Made by a program: the position numbers and the translations under genes. A stretch of DNA of 60,770 nucleotides, the filler included. It is 4 parts of 4 records of this genome, joined end to end, with 100 filler letters (N's around TTAATTAATTAA, not from the genome) between each part and the next. Parts side by side here need not be neighbours in the genome. Positions count along the whole stretch, not along the records: positions 1 to 29,180 come from SRR20825006_705; positions 29,281 to 37,686 come from SRR20825006_715; 2 more parts are not named here. One strand, 5' to 3'. The first letter of the stretch is position 1. The number at the start of each line of letters is the position of its first letter. Positions 20,419 to 29,720 of this stretch are shown piece after piece. Under the pieces are notes generated by a model. It was given only the letters and a program-made list of their open reading frames with translations. It had not been told where the DNA came from and did not search any database.

Positions 20419-20745
20419 TTACTGCGGTTTAAATTCGGTTTGCTCGGTGATGATCTCAAGCTCTGTTCTAAACGAAAGTACTTTATCACCAAAACGCCCG
20501 GCTTCTTCACGAAGTTTTGGCGCGTCTTCATTATAATATCGTGCAAGAGAATCTTTGCTTTTTGCAGTGTATTGTATCGAGTAGCTCTGGCCACCCATTT
20601 CTTCTTTGACCAAAACTTTGGTCATTAGAGCTTTTACAAATTTTCCGGTAGCAAGCATATCTGGGATGTGCTCATTGCGAATCCAGTACAACCAATCGCT
20701 GTGTACACTGTCATCAACATTTACCGTAACATTATATATAATCAT
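20419..20745 (-). CDS. DUF4286-family protein
   Basis: MIIYNVTVNV...WLYWIRNEHIPDMLATG...YSIQY...FRTELE pattern. A -7 element TATCTTTG lies at 20813-20820. Confidence 0.75.
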   Translation of the reverse strand: MIIYNVTVNVDDSVHSDWLYWIRNEHIPDMLATGKFVKALMTKVLVKEEMGGQSYSIQYTAKSKDSLARYYNEDAPKLREEAGRFGDKVLSFRTELEIITEQTEFKPQ

Positions 20746-20824
20746 AGCGCAATTTTATTTAGCACCACCGTAGGGAACAATATCCTAAGGCAGGTCATCT
20801 TTTTTTGGTCGGCAAAGATACACA

Positions 20825-22609
20825 TCAGTTGATCGCGTCCCCTCTTAATTTGCGGTATTTTTGCTGCGCATCTACATAAAAAATACTGTCAGCAAAATTA
20901 AAAATGATCTTCTCGTACTGCTCTTTTGCTTTTTCGGGTTGCTCCAATTCGTTTGCATATAAATTCCCCAAGCGATAATGCGCATCATCTGCAAGAATAT
21001 CGTCACCGTGTCTCTCTAAAATAAGCAGGTAATTTTGTGCCGCACGATCGTATAGGCCTTTGTTTTCAAAGATTTTAGCTTGTTCTAGTAAGGTTTCATC
21101 TTCAATGGCTTTATCCTTATGTTCAGCTAAAAGCGTATTGTAAACCTCTAGCGCTGCATCCTGTTTGTTCTGAAAAAGTAACAGATCTGCTTTAGCAAAA
21201 GTCTTTAATGCCGTTTGTGTAGAATCACCCACAGTATTGTCTGTAATGAGTAAATACAAGTCTTGAGCATCGTTAGCGATCAATTGCTCAGCAGAAGATT
21301 TTAAAACCTTCAGCTGTGTTTTTGCCCACTCAAAGTCACCTTTGTAATAACTGGTTTTTGCGACTTTAAAACGTGCTTCTTGGGCTAAAATATTGTCTTT
21401 TAAATTCTTCTGAATTTGAGAATAATAGATCAATGCTGCGTTGAAGCGTTCCTCAAGAACCAAAATATCGGCAAGTTCCATTTTAACGCGGGCTTCTTGA
21501 AACCGATTCAGTTTTAAATTGAGTGTTTCTTTTAAAAATGCCGAAGCTTCTTCCTTTTTATTTTGATTGAAGGCTAAAAAGTGTGCGTATTTAGTTTGTA
21601 GATCAAGCGTTTCGGCAGCCGTACCAAATTGATTAAGCAAGCTTTTATATGCCGCTTCGATGCTAGCAAAATCTGCCTGATCGTTCTTTTGAACCCTGAG
21701 ATCCAGTAATTCTTGATGTGCAAATAGGCGCATCTCGTCGCTTGGCGCTTGCTCTACCAGGTATTGATAAATCGTGCTTGCCAGCTCAAAAGCTTTATTT
21801 TCTTTGGCTACACTTGCAAGGGTGAAAATGCCATTAAGATCATTTGTGCGTCGTGCGATCGCTTTTTCTTGAATAAATGCTTTGTTGTATTCTTTCTGCT
21901 GAATGAACAACCAACTTAACAAACGGTTGTAAAGCAGGTTAGGATCGTCTTGAAGTCTTTTTAGCAGCAGCGTTCTAAAAATGCCGTTGGCTTCATTTTG
22001 AGGATCATCAGTGATAAAATCATTAAATGCGCGCTGTGCAAGACTTTGATACCGGTCACTTTCTAAAATAAGGTTGATATACGCATCAAACATCTGCTCA
22101 ATGTTGCCCTGCTCGCCGTAAATGCGGGCCAGTTCCACATTGATATAAACGCTGTTTAGGCCGGCGTCTTTTGCTAAAGTATAGGTTGTGGCAGCCTCGT
22201 CTAGTAGGTTGTATTTTTTAAACGTTCGGCCTACCATACTTGCTAGCGGCGGATTTGCTCTTACCTGCTCAATAACCTCTGTATACAGTTGTTGGGCTTT
22301 AGCATCCAAGCCCTGCAATTGATAATTGTAAGCCAAATCAACTTTGATGTAGACTAGATTTTTAGACAGTTCAAGCGTTTCTAACAGTACTTTCTCGGCT
22401 TTGTCGTACTGTTCTAATTGCTGATAGGCTTCAACCAAGCTGGTGACCAGATTGGTGTTTCCGGGAGTTTTTGCTACCAAGCCTTCATATAAAAGCGCGG
22501 CTTTTTCATAAGCGCCTTGTTGCATATAATTATGCGCAAGAAGATCTTCTTGAGCCTGAAGTGGCAAAAAGCCAAGTAAAGAAAGAGCTAAGAAAAATAC
22601 GCGTAACAC
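20825..22609 (-). CDS. Exported tetratricopeptide-repeat protein
   Basis: Signal peptide (..PLQA), helical TPR-like repeats, C-terminal YRKLRGD. Confidence 0.8.
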   Translation of the reverse strand: MLRVFFLALSLLGFLPLQAQEDLLAHNYMQQGAYEKAALLYEGLVAKTPGNTNLVTSLVEAYQQLEQYDKAEKVLLETLELSKNLVYIKVDLAYNYQLQGLDAKAQQLYTEVIEQVRANPPLASMVGRTFKKYNLLDEAATTYTLAKDAGLNSVYINVELARIYGEQGNIEQMFDAYINLILESDRYQSLAQRAFNDFITDDPQNEANGIFRTLLLKRLQDDPNLLYNRLLSWLFIQQKEYNKAFIQEKAIARRTNDLNGIFTLASVAKENKAFELASTIYQYLVEQAPSDEMRLFAHQELLDLRVQKNDQADFASIEAAYKSLLNQFGTAAETLDLQTKYAHFLAFNQNKKEEASAFLKETLNLKLNRFQEARVKMELADILVLEERFNAALIYYSQIQKNLKDNILAQEARFKVAKTSYYKGDFEWAKTQLKVLKSSAEQLIANDAQDLYLLITDNTVGDSTQTALKTFAKADLLLFQNKQDAALEVYNTLLAEHKDKAIEDETLLEQAKIFENKGLYDRAAQNYLLILERHGDDILADDAHYRLGNLYANELEQPEKAKEQYEKIIFNFADSIFYVDAQQKYRKLRGDAIN

Positions 22610-22695
22610 AGGCTTTCGATTTTAGTTAAAGATACTAAAGTTCAAGCAGTCTCCTGCTTCTAAAACGAAAGCCCGGTTATGCTAGTATTTGCTGC

Positions 22696-23964
22696 TTAAA
22701 TTTTATCAAAACCGCAATACGGTACGAGTACCTCAGGAATGGTGATTCCATCTTCGGTTTGATAATTTTCTAGAATTCCGGCAAGGACGCGGGGTAATGC
22801 TAGTGAGCTACCATTAAGGGTGTGCGCAAGCTGTTTATTGCCTTCTGCATCGCGGTAACGCAACTTTAAACGATTTGCCTGAAAGGTTTTAAAGTTTGAA
22901 ACACTACTGATCTCTAACCAGCGATCTTGAGCGGTAGAAAACACTTCAAAATCATATGTAAGACTTGAAGTAAAACCGAGATCACCACCACAAAGGCGTA
23001 AAATTCTATACGGTAGCTTTAACTCGTCTAAGATCATTTTTACGTGTTCTACCATTCCGTCTAAGGCAGCGTCGCTATCTTCAGCTTTCTCAATGCGAAC
23101 GATCTCAACTTTATCAAACTGGTGCAGGCGGTTAAGCCCACGTACGTGTGCCCCGTAAGAACCTGCCTCACGGCGGAAACACGGTGTATACCCGGTGCAC
23201 GTGATAGGTAACTCTTTTTCTTCAAGTAAACTGTCGCGAAACATATTAGTCACCGGTACTTCAGCGGTGGGAATCAAATAAAGATCATCAACGCCTACGT
23301 GATACATTTGACCTTCTTTGTCAGGAAGCTGGCCCGTACCAAAACCAGAAGCTTCATTTACTAGGTGTGGCACTTGCACTTCGTTGTATCCGGCTGCGGT
23401 ATTCTTATCGAGAAAATAGTTAATAAGCGCGCGTTGTAATCGAGCTCCTTTTCCTTTATAAACAGGAAATCCGGCTCCGGTTACTTTGGTACCCAATTCA
23501 AAATCGATGATGTCATGCTTTTTTGCCAATTCCCAATGCGGAAGGCTGCCTTCTGCCAAAACAGGAACATCACCCTTACGGAAAACTTCTTCGTTATCCT
23601 CGTCGCTTTTTCCTGCAGGAACGCTTGCTTGCGGAATATTGGGAATCGTATATAGCAACTGATCAAGTTCTTCGACAGTTGCATTAAGCACCTCTTGAAG
23701 GTTTTTTGAATCTTCTTTTAACTTACCGGTGCGCTCTTTAAGCAAGTTTGCTTTTTGAGCTTCACCATTTTTAAAAAGCATCCCGATCTCTTTAGAGAGT
23801 TTGTTGCTTTCAGCTAGAGTATTGTCTAAGGAGGCTTGCGTGCTACGGCGTTTTTCGTCAAGTGAAAGTACTTGTTCAAACACTTCAGTTGCATCAAAAT
23901 TACGCTTAGTAAGCGCATTTATGTAATCTTCTTTGTGGTCACGAATGTCTGTAACGTGTAGCAT
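22696..23964 (-). CDS. serS: Seryl-tRNA synthetase
   Basis: LIPTAEVP, CFRREAGS, RLHQFDKVE and TLNGSSLA motifs. Start set at ATG 23964 because a -7 element TATTTTTG lies at 23984-23991. Confidence 0.97.
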   Translation of the reverse strand: MLHVTDIRDHKEDYINALTKRNFDATEVFEQVLSLDEKRRSTQASLDNTLAESNKLSKEIGMLFKNGEAQKANLLKERTGKLKEDSKNLQEVLNATVEELDQLLYTIPNIPQASVPAGKSDEDNEEVFRKGDVPVLAEGSLPHWELAKKHDIIDFELGTKVTGAGFPVYKGKGARLQRALINYFLDKNTAAGYNEVQVPHLVNEASGFGTGQLPDKEGQMYHVGVDDLYLIPTAEVPVTNMFRDSLLEEKELPITCTGYTPCFRREAGSYGAHVRGLNRLHQFDKVEIVRIEKAEDSDAALDGMVEHVKMILDELKLPYRILRLCGGDLGFTSSLTYDFEVFSTAQDRWLEISSVSNFKTFQANRLKLRYRDAEGNKQLAHTLNGSSLALPRVLAGILENYQTEDGITIPEVLVPYCGFDKI

Positions 23965-24105
23965 GGCTTTAAATTTTAGACGGCAAAAATACATAAATGC
24001 CGCTGAAAACAAACCTAGTTTAAACAAACAAGTCTAATCGTGTTCAGACTAAATTTTTGAAGGTTTGCCACGCAGACTTCTCCACTTTAGAAATGCTTCA
24101 AAATA

Positions 24106-25464
24106 TTACTGAAGACCTTCAGGAGCGTATGGTGGTTTTCTTTTTTCGTTGTGCAATGGGGAAGGAAGAATCCACTCATTGTGCCAGAAATAATCCCAGG
24201 AAGCAGCGGCCATATCGACTTTAGGGTCTATCAAGGTGTGAAAATCACTATCGTTAACCTTGATTTTACAATTCACATAAATGGCAACCTCTTTGCCTTC
24301 TTTGGCGAAATCTTCTTTTATGCGCTGGCAGAATTGCCAAATAACATCTGGTTTTGTGGCTACCACGCGCTGTTGTTTCCGCGAGAGCATTTTACGATAA
24401 TTGAAGCTTTGCTCAAGACCGGTTTTTTTATCGATGACTTTAAAACTTATTCTTCCGCCTTTAGAGCGCAACATCATACGCCAACTGAGGCGATGGCCTT
24501 CTTCGGTCCATAATACATCGTCTTTAATGATCCAATGTCTCAAAGGCAGCGCGATCTGAATCACAAAGTAGAGGCCAAAAAGCGCTACGATGGGTTTGTA
24601 AGTTTTGGGCTTGATGATTTCGTTACCCGAGTACAATTCTTTTCCTTTTAAAAATATATTACGCACAGTTTCCGCAGGAAAAAAGAAAAGCGTGAACGCA
24701 AGTGACATATACGGGAAAATCCCGATGTGGAAGATAAAGGAGTTGAACAGGTGAAAAAATATAGATATAAAGAAGGCCACTTTGCGTGTAGGCTTGAATA
24801 ACAAAGCCGGAATGATCAGACCGTCGAATAAAATACCTACGTAAGCGATGCTCCAATGCACCCAATTTTGTTGCAGGAAATCACCCACTAACCAATAGTC
24901 TTTGCGTGCTGCCATAAGTTGCGCAGCCATACTTGCATCAAGCCAGTCTGGATATATTTTAGCGATAGAGGCGTAGGTGTACACAATCCATAACTGAGCG
25001 ATAATGATGATGTATACCCAGCGAGGCATACTTATTTTTTTCAATTTAGGATTGAACTTGACATCTAGGGATAAGTACCGATGTGCCGGGAGGCAGGCCA
25101 TGATTCCCAGTAAAAGCATTAAAAGGTAATAATGGTTGTTGTATGAGGATTTTTGCATCAAATAGACGCAAGTCCACATCAAACCGTAAGCGATCACGCT
25201 AAAACGGTATTTGAAACCAAGCATCACAAAAACGCCAAAAAGCCCCATCAGGCCGTAATAGTAATACATCCCATCACCGGGAAGCGGCTGCAAAAAGTCA
25301 AAGCCTATAAAGTTAAAGGTAAAATCTCCCTCTAGAAGTGTGTGTTTGATCCATCCTGTGGCGATCGCGCCCCAGGCTTCGGCGGTAATTAGAAAGCCAA
25401 AAATCGCCCTGAAAACAATGAGGGCACTATTGTCTACACGTTTATACAACCACCGTTCAAGCAT
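24106..25464 (-). CDS. HTTM-domain vitamin K-dependent gamma-carboxylase-like membrane protein
   Basis: LIVFRAIFG, YNNHYYL, VYTYASIAKIYPDWL, FHLFN...IGIFP, LSWRMMLRSK and LIDPKVD motifs parallel GGCX. Confidence 0.88.
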   Translation of the reverse strand: MLERWLYKRVDNSALIVFRAIFGFLITAEAWGAIATGWIKHTLLEGDFTFNFIGFDFLQPLPGDGMYYYYGLMGLFGVFVMLGFKYRFSVIAYGLMWTCVYLMQKSSYNNHYYLLMLLLGIMACLPAHRYLSLDVKFNPKLKKISMPRWVYIIIIAQLWIVYTYASIAKIYPDWLDASMAAQLMAARKDYWLVGDFLQQNWVHWSIAYVGILFDGLIIPALLFKPTRKVAFFISIFFHLFNSFIFHIGIFPYMSLAFTLFFFPAETVRNIFLKGKELYSGNEIIKPKTYKPIVALFGLYFVIQIALPLRHWIIKDDVLWTEEGHRLSWRMMLRSKGGRISFKVIDKKTGLEQSFNYRKMLSRKQQRVVATKPDVIWQFCQRIKEDFAKEGKEVAIYVNCKIKVNDSDFHTLIDPKVDMAAASWDYFWHNEWILPSPLHNEKRKPPYAPEGLQ

Positions 25465-26392
25465 CTATTTTTTGAATAAAATCACGCGAAAATCGTTCAT
25501 CAGCCTGCATAGCAGCGATAAGTTCGTCAACCGAATTGAATTTTTTCTCATCTCTAATACGGGTGAGCAATTCTATTTGCAAATGTTGATCATAAAGATC
25601 AGCATCAAAATCAAAGAAAAATGTCTCGATAGTGAGATCGCTTCCACCCACGGTGGGGTTGGTGCCAATGCTCATCATCCCGTAAACCTCTTTGCTATTG
25701 ATGCTGGCTCTAGCGACATAAACGCCTTTTGCCGGAATGAGCTTATAGGTTTCTTCGATCTTTAAATTGGCTGTAGGATAATTGAATTTTTTACCCAATC
25801 CTTTTCCGCGAGAAACAATACCGTTAAGCATAAACGGGTAGCCTAAATACTCGTTAGCTTTTGTAAGATCACCTTCATTTAAAGCCTTTCTGATTTTAGT
25901 AGAACTAACTGCAACGTCATCTACGTCCTGCTTAGAAATCTCTTCAACTTCAAAATCATACTGTGTTCCAAAAGCCTTTAGGTCTTCAATATTGGCATTG
26001 CGGTTACGGCCAAAACGATGATCATAACCTATAATGACTTTTCTGGCTTTTAACTGATCTACTAAAATATCTTTTACAAACTCTTCTGCGGTAAGGCGCG
26101 AGAAAGCTTTAGTAAACGGGTGAATAATCAAATGATCGAGACCCGAAGCTTCTAAAAGTGCAATGCGCTCGTCTATGCTGTTAATGAGTTTGATGCCTGT
26201 ATCTTTTTGCAGCACCATACGCGGATGCGGAAAAAAGGTAAGAACTACAGATTCTAGGTCGTTACTCTGTGCGCTCGCCAAAAGGCGATCTATGATTTTA
26301 CGATGTCCCAGATGCACGCCGTCAAAAGTTCCGATAGTGACTACCGTGCCTTTGAGACCGTCAAATGTATCTGCTGAAGTATGCTGTTTCAA
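25457..26392 (-). CDS. ribF: Bifunctional riboflavin kinase/FAD synthetase
   Basis: GTFDGVHLGH, GYDHRFG, SSTKIR, YPTAN and RIRDEKKF motifs. Confidence 0.96.
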   Translation of the reverse strand: MKQHTSADTFDGLKGTVVTIGTFDGVHLGHRKIIDRLLASAQSNDLESVVLTFFPHPRMVLQKDTGIKLINSIDERIALLEASGLDHLIIHPFTKAFSRLTAEEFVKDILVDQLKARKVIIGYDHRFGRNRNANIEDLKAFGTQYDFEVEEISKQDVDDVAVSSTKIRKALNEGDLTKANEYLGYPFMLNGIVSRGKGLGKKFNYPTANLKIEETYKLIPAKGVYVARASINSKEVYGMMSIGTNPTVGGSDLTIETFFFDFDADLYDQHLQIELLTRIRDEKKFNSVDELIAAMQADERFSRDFIQKIDA

Positions 26393-26393
26393 T

Positions 26394-27017
26394 TTATTTT
26401 CCGTTGTAAGCGTTCATCGTATTTGCTATTCCCGAAGCTATAAAACTTTCGATTACCTTGCACGAGATGTCTAGTCTTTCTGGCATATCAAGCTCTTCGT
26501 CTTTATCCCATTCGCCCAAAACATAATCTATTTGCTTGCCACGGCTAAAGCGATCACCAATACCAAATCTAAACCGTGGGTATTTAGTTGTTGAAAGCTG
26601 GTTTTGAATGTCTTTTAATCCGTTGTGTCCGCCATCACTGCCTTTGCTTTTTACCCGAATGGTGCCAAATTCCAGATTGAGATCATCTGTGATCACCAGA
26701 ATATTTTCAATACTGATGTTCTCTTTCTGCATCCAGTATTTAACTGCTTTACCGCTAAGGTTCATATAGGTGTTAGGCTTGAGCAAAACTACGGTGCGAC
26801 CTCGTACTTTAGTGTAGGCGATATCGCCAAGTTTTTCGGTAGACCAGGAGGTTTCTTTTTCGCTGGCATAGGCATCAATGATCTTGAAGCCGATGTTATG
26901 CCGTGTGTTATCATATTTGGGCCCAATGTTCCCCAAACCTATAATTAGGTATTTATTCATAGGATCAATGCTTTCTTTTTTTGAACCGAAAAGCTTGCTG
27001 AAAAAGCTTGATGTCAT
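26394..27017 (-). CDS. pth: Peptidyl-tRNA hydrolase
   Basis: GLGNIG, TRHNIGF, KPNTYMNLSG and GGHNGLKDI motifs. Start uncertain (27017 or 26960). A -7 element TAAATTTG lies at 27092-27099. Confidence 0.95.
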   Translation of the reverse strand: MTSSFFSKLFGSKKESIDPMNKYLIIGLGNIGPKYDNTRHNIGFKIIDAYASEKETSWSTEKLGDIAYTKVRGRTVVLLKPNTYMNLSGKAVKYWMQKENISIENILVITDDLNLEFGTIRVKSKGSDGGHNGLKDIQNQLSTTKYPRFRFGIGDRFSRGKQIDYVLGEWDKDEELDMPERLDISCKVIESFIASGIANTMNAYNGK

Positions 27018-27182
27018 TTTAAGAGAATCGTGTTTTAAAGCTTTTAAAAGCACTTGCCGAAGCGTTAAAGCAAAGCAAGTAAACCTTTGCGCAAATTTAT
27101 GATTTTGTTGCGTTTTGGACGCAGAATAGGGTTAAGCTTATCAGAAAATTGCAAAACCAAGGTGTTTAAGAAAAGTCAAAAA

Positions 27183-27208
27183 AAAACACCCGCACAGGCG
27201 GGTGTTTT
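27183..27208 (-). terminator. Intrinsic terminator after rplY
   Basis: AAAACACCCGC-ACAG-GCGGGTGTTTT with a long A run upstream (the U tail on the minus strand). Confidence 0.8.
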
Positions 27209-27230
27209 AAGATCAGATAGGTTTTTCAAC

Positions 27231-27869
27231 TTATTCTGCAGCATCAGCAGCTTGTTCAGTAGCTTCTGTACCTTCTGCAGTTGCTCCTTCTTCATCTTCA
27301 TCCTCGTCATCAAGGTCTTCAACCATGTTACGTGAAGTTCTAACTTGACAAACAACAGTGTTGTCTGGGTGAAGGTATTTCCATTCTCCTTGCTCGATTC
27401 CTGTGATGTATAATTTATCACCAATTTTAAGTTTGGTAATATCTGCAACAACATAATCAGGAAGGTTTTTAGGCAATGCCTTAACGCGAAGTGTACGATA
27501 TGTTTTACGTAATACACCACCGTTACGTACACCTCTAGAGTTACCCTCGTAGTGTACAGGAATAGTCATAGTTACCTCTTTACCTTCAAAGATTTGATAG
27601 AAATCGATGTGAAGTATGCGATCTGTAACCGGGTGAAATTGGATGTCCTGAAGGATTGCCATGTAGGTAGTTCCGTCAAGCTCCAACGTCGCGGTATGCG
27701 CATCTGGAGTATAAACCAAACCTTTAAACGCAAGCTCTGGTGCGCTAAAATGAACTGGCTCGTCTCCTCCGTATAATACGCAAGGAACCTCTCCAGCATT
27801 ACGTAGGGCTTTAGTTGCCTTTTTGCCCACGCTTTCTCTTTTAGATCCTGTGATCGTGATTGACTTCAT
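27231..27869 (-). CDS. rplY: 50S ribosomal protein L25/Ctc
   Basis: [35 protein letters not shown], acidic C-terminal tail. Confidence 0.96.
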   Translation of the reverse strand: MKSITITGSKRESVGKKATKALRNAGEVPCVLYGGDEPVHFSAPELAFKGLVYTPDAHTATLELDGTTYMAILQDIQFHPVTDRILHIDFYQIFEGKEVTMTIPVHYEGNSRGVRNGGVLRKTYRTLRVKALPKNLPDYVVADITKLKIGDKLYITGIEQGEWKYLHPDNTVVCQVRTSRNMVEDLDDEDEDEEGATAEGTEATEQAADAAE

Positions 27870-27895
27870 TTAATTATATATTAAGTATTAATAAA

Positions 27896-28837
27896 TTACA
27901 TTAAAAATTTTGATGCAATTGATGTGTTACTGTGAACACGATGCATTACATCGGCAAACAATTCGGCGCAACTTAAAATACGCACTTTGCTGCTTTCCTG
28001 TTTCGGAGGAATACTGTCTGTAACTATAAGTTCTTGAAGTTTACTGTTTTCAAGACGCTCATAAGCATTACCACTTAACAGTGCGTGTGTACATATTGCT
28101 CTCACGCTAAGCGCGCCGCGTTCCATCATTAGGTCTGCAGCTTTAGTTAAGGTTCCGGCAGTATCTACCATATCATCTGCAAGAATCACATTGCGCCCTT
28201 TTACATCCCCAATAAGTTCCATATGACTTATTACGTTTGCCTTCTCGCGCTGCTTGTAACAGATAACCACATCACAATCTAAAGCTTTAGAATAGGCGTA
28301 AGCTCTTTTAGAACCACCCATATCTGGCGATGCGATTGTTAAGTTTGGTAAATTAAGCGACTCTAAATACGGTAAGAACACTGTTGAAGCAAACAGGTGA
28401 TCTACCGGACGCTCAAAGAATCCCTGAATTTGATCTGCGTGCAAGTCCATCGTAATGATGCGGGTTGCACCTGCCGTCTCTAACAAGTTAGCCACCAATT
28501 TTGCTGCGATAGGAACGCGAGGTTTATCTTTGCGATCTTGACGTGCCCAACCAAAATACGGTAATACTGCTGTAATATGGCGTGCCGAAGCGCGTTTTGC
28601 AGCGTCTAGCATAAGTAACATTTCCATCAGGTTTTCACTGCTTGGCATCGTAGAACCAATAATGAAAACGCGTGAACCACGAATAGACTCTTCAAAAGAA
28701 GGCTGAAACTCGCCGTCACTATAGGTTGATGTGATTATCTTGCCCAGCGGTTGCCCGTAAGCCTTCGCTATTTTTTCGGCTAAATCCCGGCTTTGTGTGC
28801 AGGGAAAAATTTTCGCATCAGGGGCTGATAATGACAT
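27896..28837 (-). CDS. prs: Ribose-phosphate pyrophosphokinase
   Basis: PYFGWARQDRK, DLHADQIQGFF and DDMVDTAGT motifs. A -7 element TACTTTTG lies at 28879-28886. Confidence 0.97.
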   Translation of the reverse strand: MSLSAPDAKIFPCTQSRDLAEKIAKAYGQPLGKIITSTYSDGEFQPSFEESIRGSRVFIIGSTMPSSENLMEMLLMLDAAKRASARHITAVLPYFGWARQDRKDKPRVPIAAKLVANLLETAGATRIITMDLHADQIQGFFERPVDHLFASTVFLPYLESLNLPNLTIASPDMGGSKRAYAYSKALDCDVVICYKQREKANVISHMELIGDVKGRNVILADDMVDTAGTLTKAADLMMERGALSVRAICTHALLSGNAYERLENSKLQELIVTDSIPPKQESSKVRILSCAELFADVMHRVHSNTSIASKFLM

Positions 28838-28950
28838 GGTTATCTTATGTTTAGATTTGCTAAAAGTATAAGAGGCTGCAAAAGTATAAATTAAATTGGC
28901 TTCTAAGTATTTATTTGCTATTTATTTGATCGAAGATTGAGAAATTTTAT

Positions 28951-28958
28951 TACTTTTG
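28951..28958 (+). promoter_or_regulatory. Bacteroidota -7 element (TACTTTTG) driving the tRNA-Leu region
   Basis: TAnnTTTG match 12 nt upstream of the tRNA-like copy, with TTTG at 28925-28928 as a possible -33. Confidence 0.65.
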
Positions 28959-28970
28959 CGGTCCATTAAT

Positions 28971-29019
28971 GCCTCGGTGGCGGTCCCGATAACTATCGGG
29001 AGGTAGACGTGGTTCAAAA
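28971..29019 (+). pseudogene. Disrupted 5' half copy of tRNA-Leu with a palindromic insertion in the D-loop
   Basis: GCCTCGGTGGCGG-[TCCCGATAACTATCGGGA]-GGTAGACG versus the intact GCCTCGGTGGCGG-AATT-GGTAGACG at 29146. Confidence 0.75.
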
Positions 29020-29048
29020 GCTGTTTATATTCAAGCCGGTTTTTGTTA

Positions 29049-29144
29049 ATGGTTGAAGAAGCTTCAACACGAATTGAAGCTCGTAAAAGAGAGAAATACT
29101 GGAAGTCTGGTGTTGGTAAAGAACACCTAAAGACTTTGACCTAA
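29049..29144 (+). pseudogene. C-terminal remnant of a small GIY-YIG (UPF0213-like) nuclease
   Basis: MVEEASTRIEARKREKYWKSGVGKEHLKTLT* matches the A..RE..xK helix of small GIY-YIG proteins. The N-terminal GIY/YIG strands are absent. Confidence 0.7.
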
Positions 29145-29145
29145 T

Positions 29146-29180
29146 GCCTCGGTGGCGGAATTGGTAGACGCGCTGGATTC
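29146..29180 (+). tRNA. tRNA-Leu, 5' part (truncated by contig end, probably anticodon CAA)
   Basis: GCCTCGG-TG-GCGGAATTGGTAGACGC-G-CTGGA-TTC: acceptor strand, Leu-type D-arm (GGTAGAC) and anticodon stem. The anticodon is cut after its first C. Confidence 0.85.
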
Positions 29181-29280
29181 NNNNNNNNNNNNNNNNNNNN
29201 NNNNNNNNNNNNNNNNNNNNNNNNTTAATTAATTAANNNNNNNNNNNNNNNNNNNNNNNNNNNNNNNNNNNNNNNNNNNN
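29181..29280. other. Artificial contig-joining spacer
   Basis: 44 N + TTAATTAATTAA (stops in all six frames) + 44 N. Base composition and gene content change abruptly across it. Confidence 0.97.
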
Positions 29281-29337
29281 GACCTGATCGTCCCACGACC
29301 AGCTTCCCGGCTCGGTTTTGATCAGCCAGTATGCCAT
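29281..29337 (-). CDS. EVE domain protein, N-terminus (truncated)
   Basis: Hand translation MAYWLIKTEPGSWSWDDQV is the EVE N-terminal signature. Lies directly downstream of yciI. Confidence 0.85.
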
Positions 29338-29340
29338 GGA

Positions 29341-29619
29341 TCAGAATACCTTTTTGAAGGGACGGATAATCACGGATTCAAACAGACCTGCCTTGCCGTA
29401 TGGATCGTTGGCGGCAAATTCTTCGGCTTCGGCCTGGGTGTCAAATTCGATAATGAAGACCGAGCCATTCATGCCCTCAAGATCGGGATCAAGTGTGGGG
29501 CCTGCTGCAACGATCCTGTCGGCAAAACCGTCCTTGATATAGGCAAGATGCGCATTACGATTGGCTTTGCGCACAGCAAGATGCCCCGGTTTGTCGACAC
29601 AGCGAATGTAAAAATGCAT
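29341..29619 (-). CDS. YciI-family protein
   Basis: DKPG..VRKANRNAHLAYI, AAGP, GSVFIIE and ANDPY motifs. Confidence 0.9.
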   Translation of the reverse strand: MHFYIRCVDKPGHLAVRKANRNAHLAYIKDGFADRIVAAGPTLDPDLEGMNGSVFIIEFDTQAEAEEFAANDPYGKAGLFESVIIRPFKKVF

Positions 29620-29720
29620 GGCAGCGTTTCCTGTCAAAATTGGTTTTGATACCGGTAAATTGACAGAACCTGCTCAAAGGCTCAAGCCGAACAAAAGCTG
29701 ATAGCGTGGATGTGACCAGA

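Noticed and set aside
28967-29158. Possible CRISPR-like repeat-spacer unit
   Set aside because: Only two copies, the repeat is tRNA sequence, the 158-nt interval is far too long for a spacer, and there are no cas genes.
29225-29236. TTAATTAATTAA repeated three times in the window
   Set aside because: It is an assembly linker flanked by N runs, not a biological repeat.
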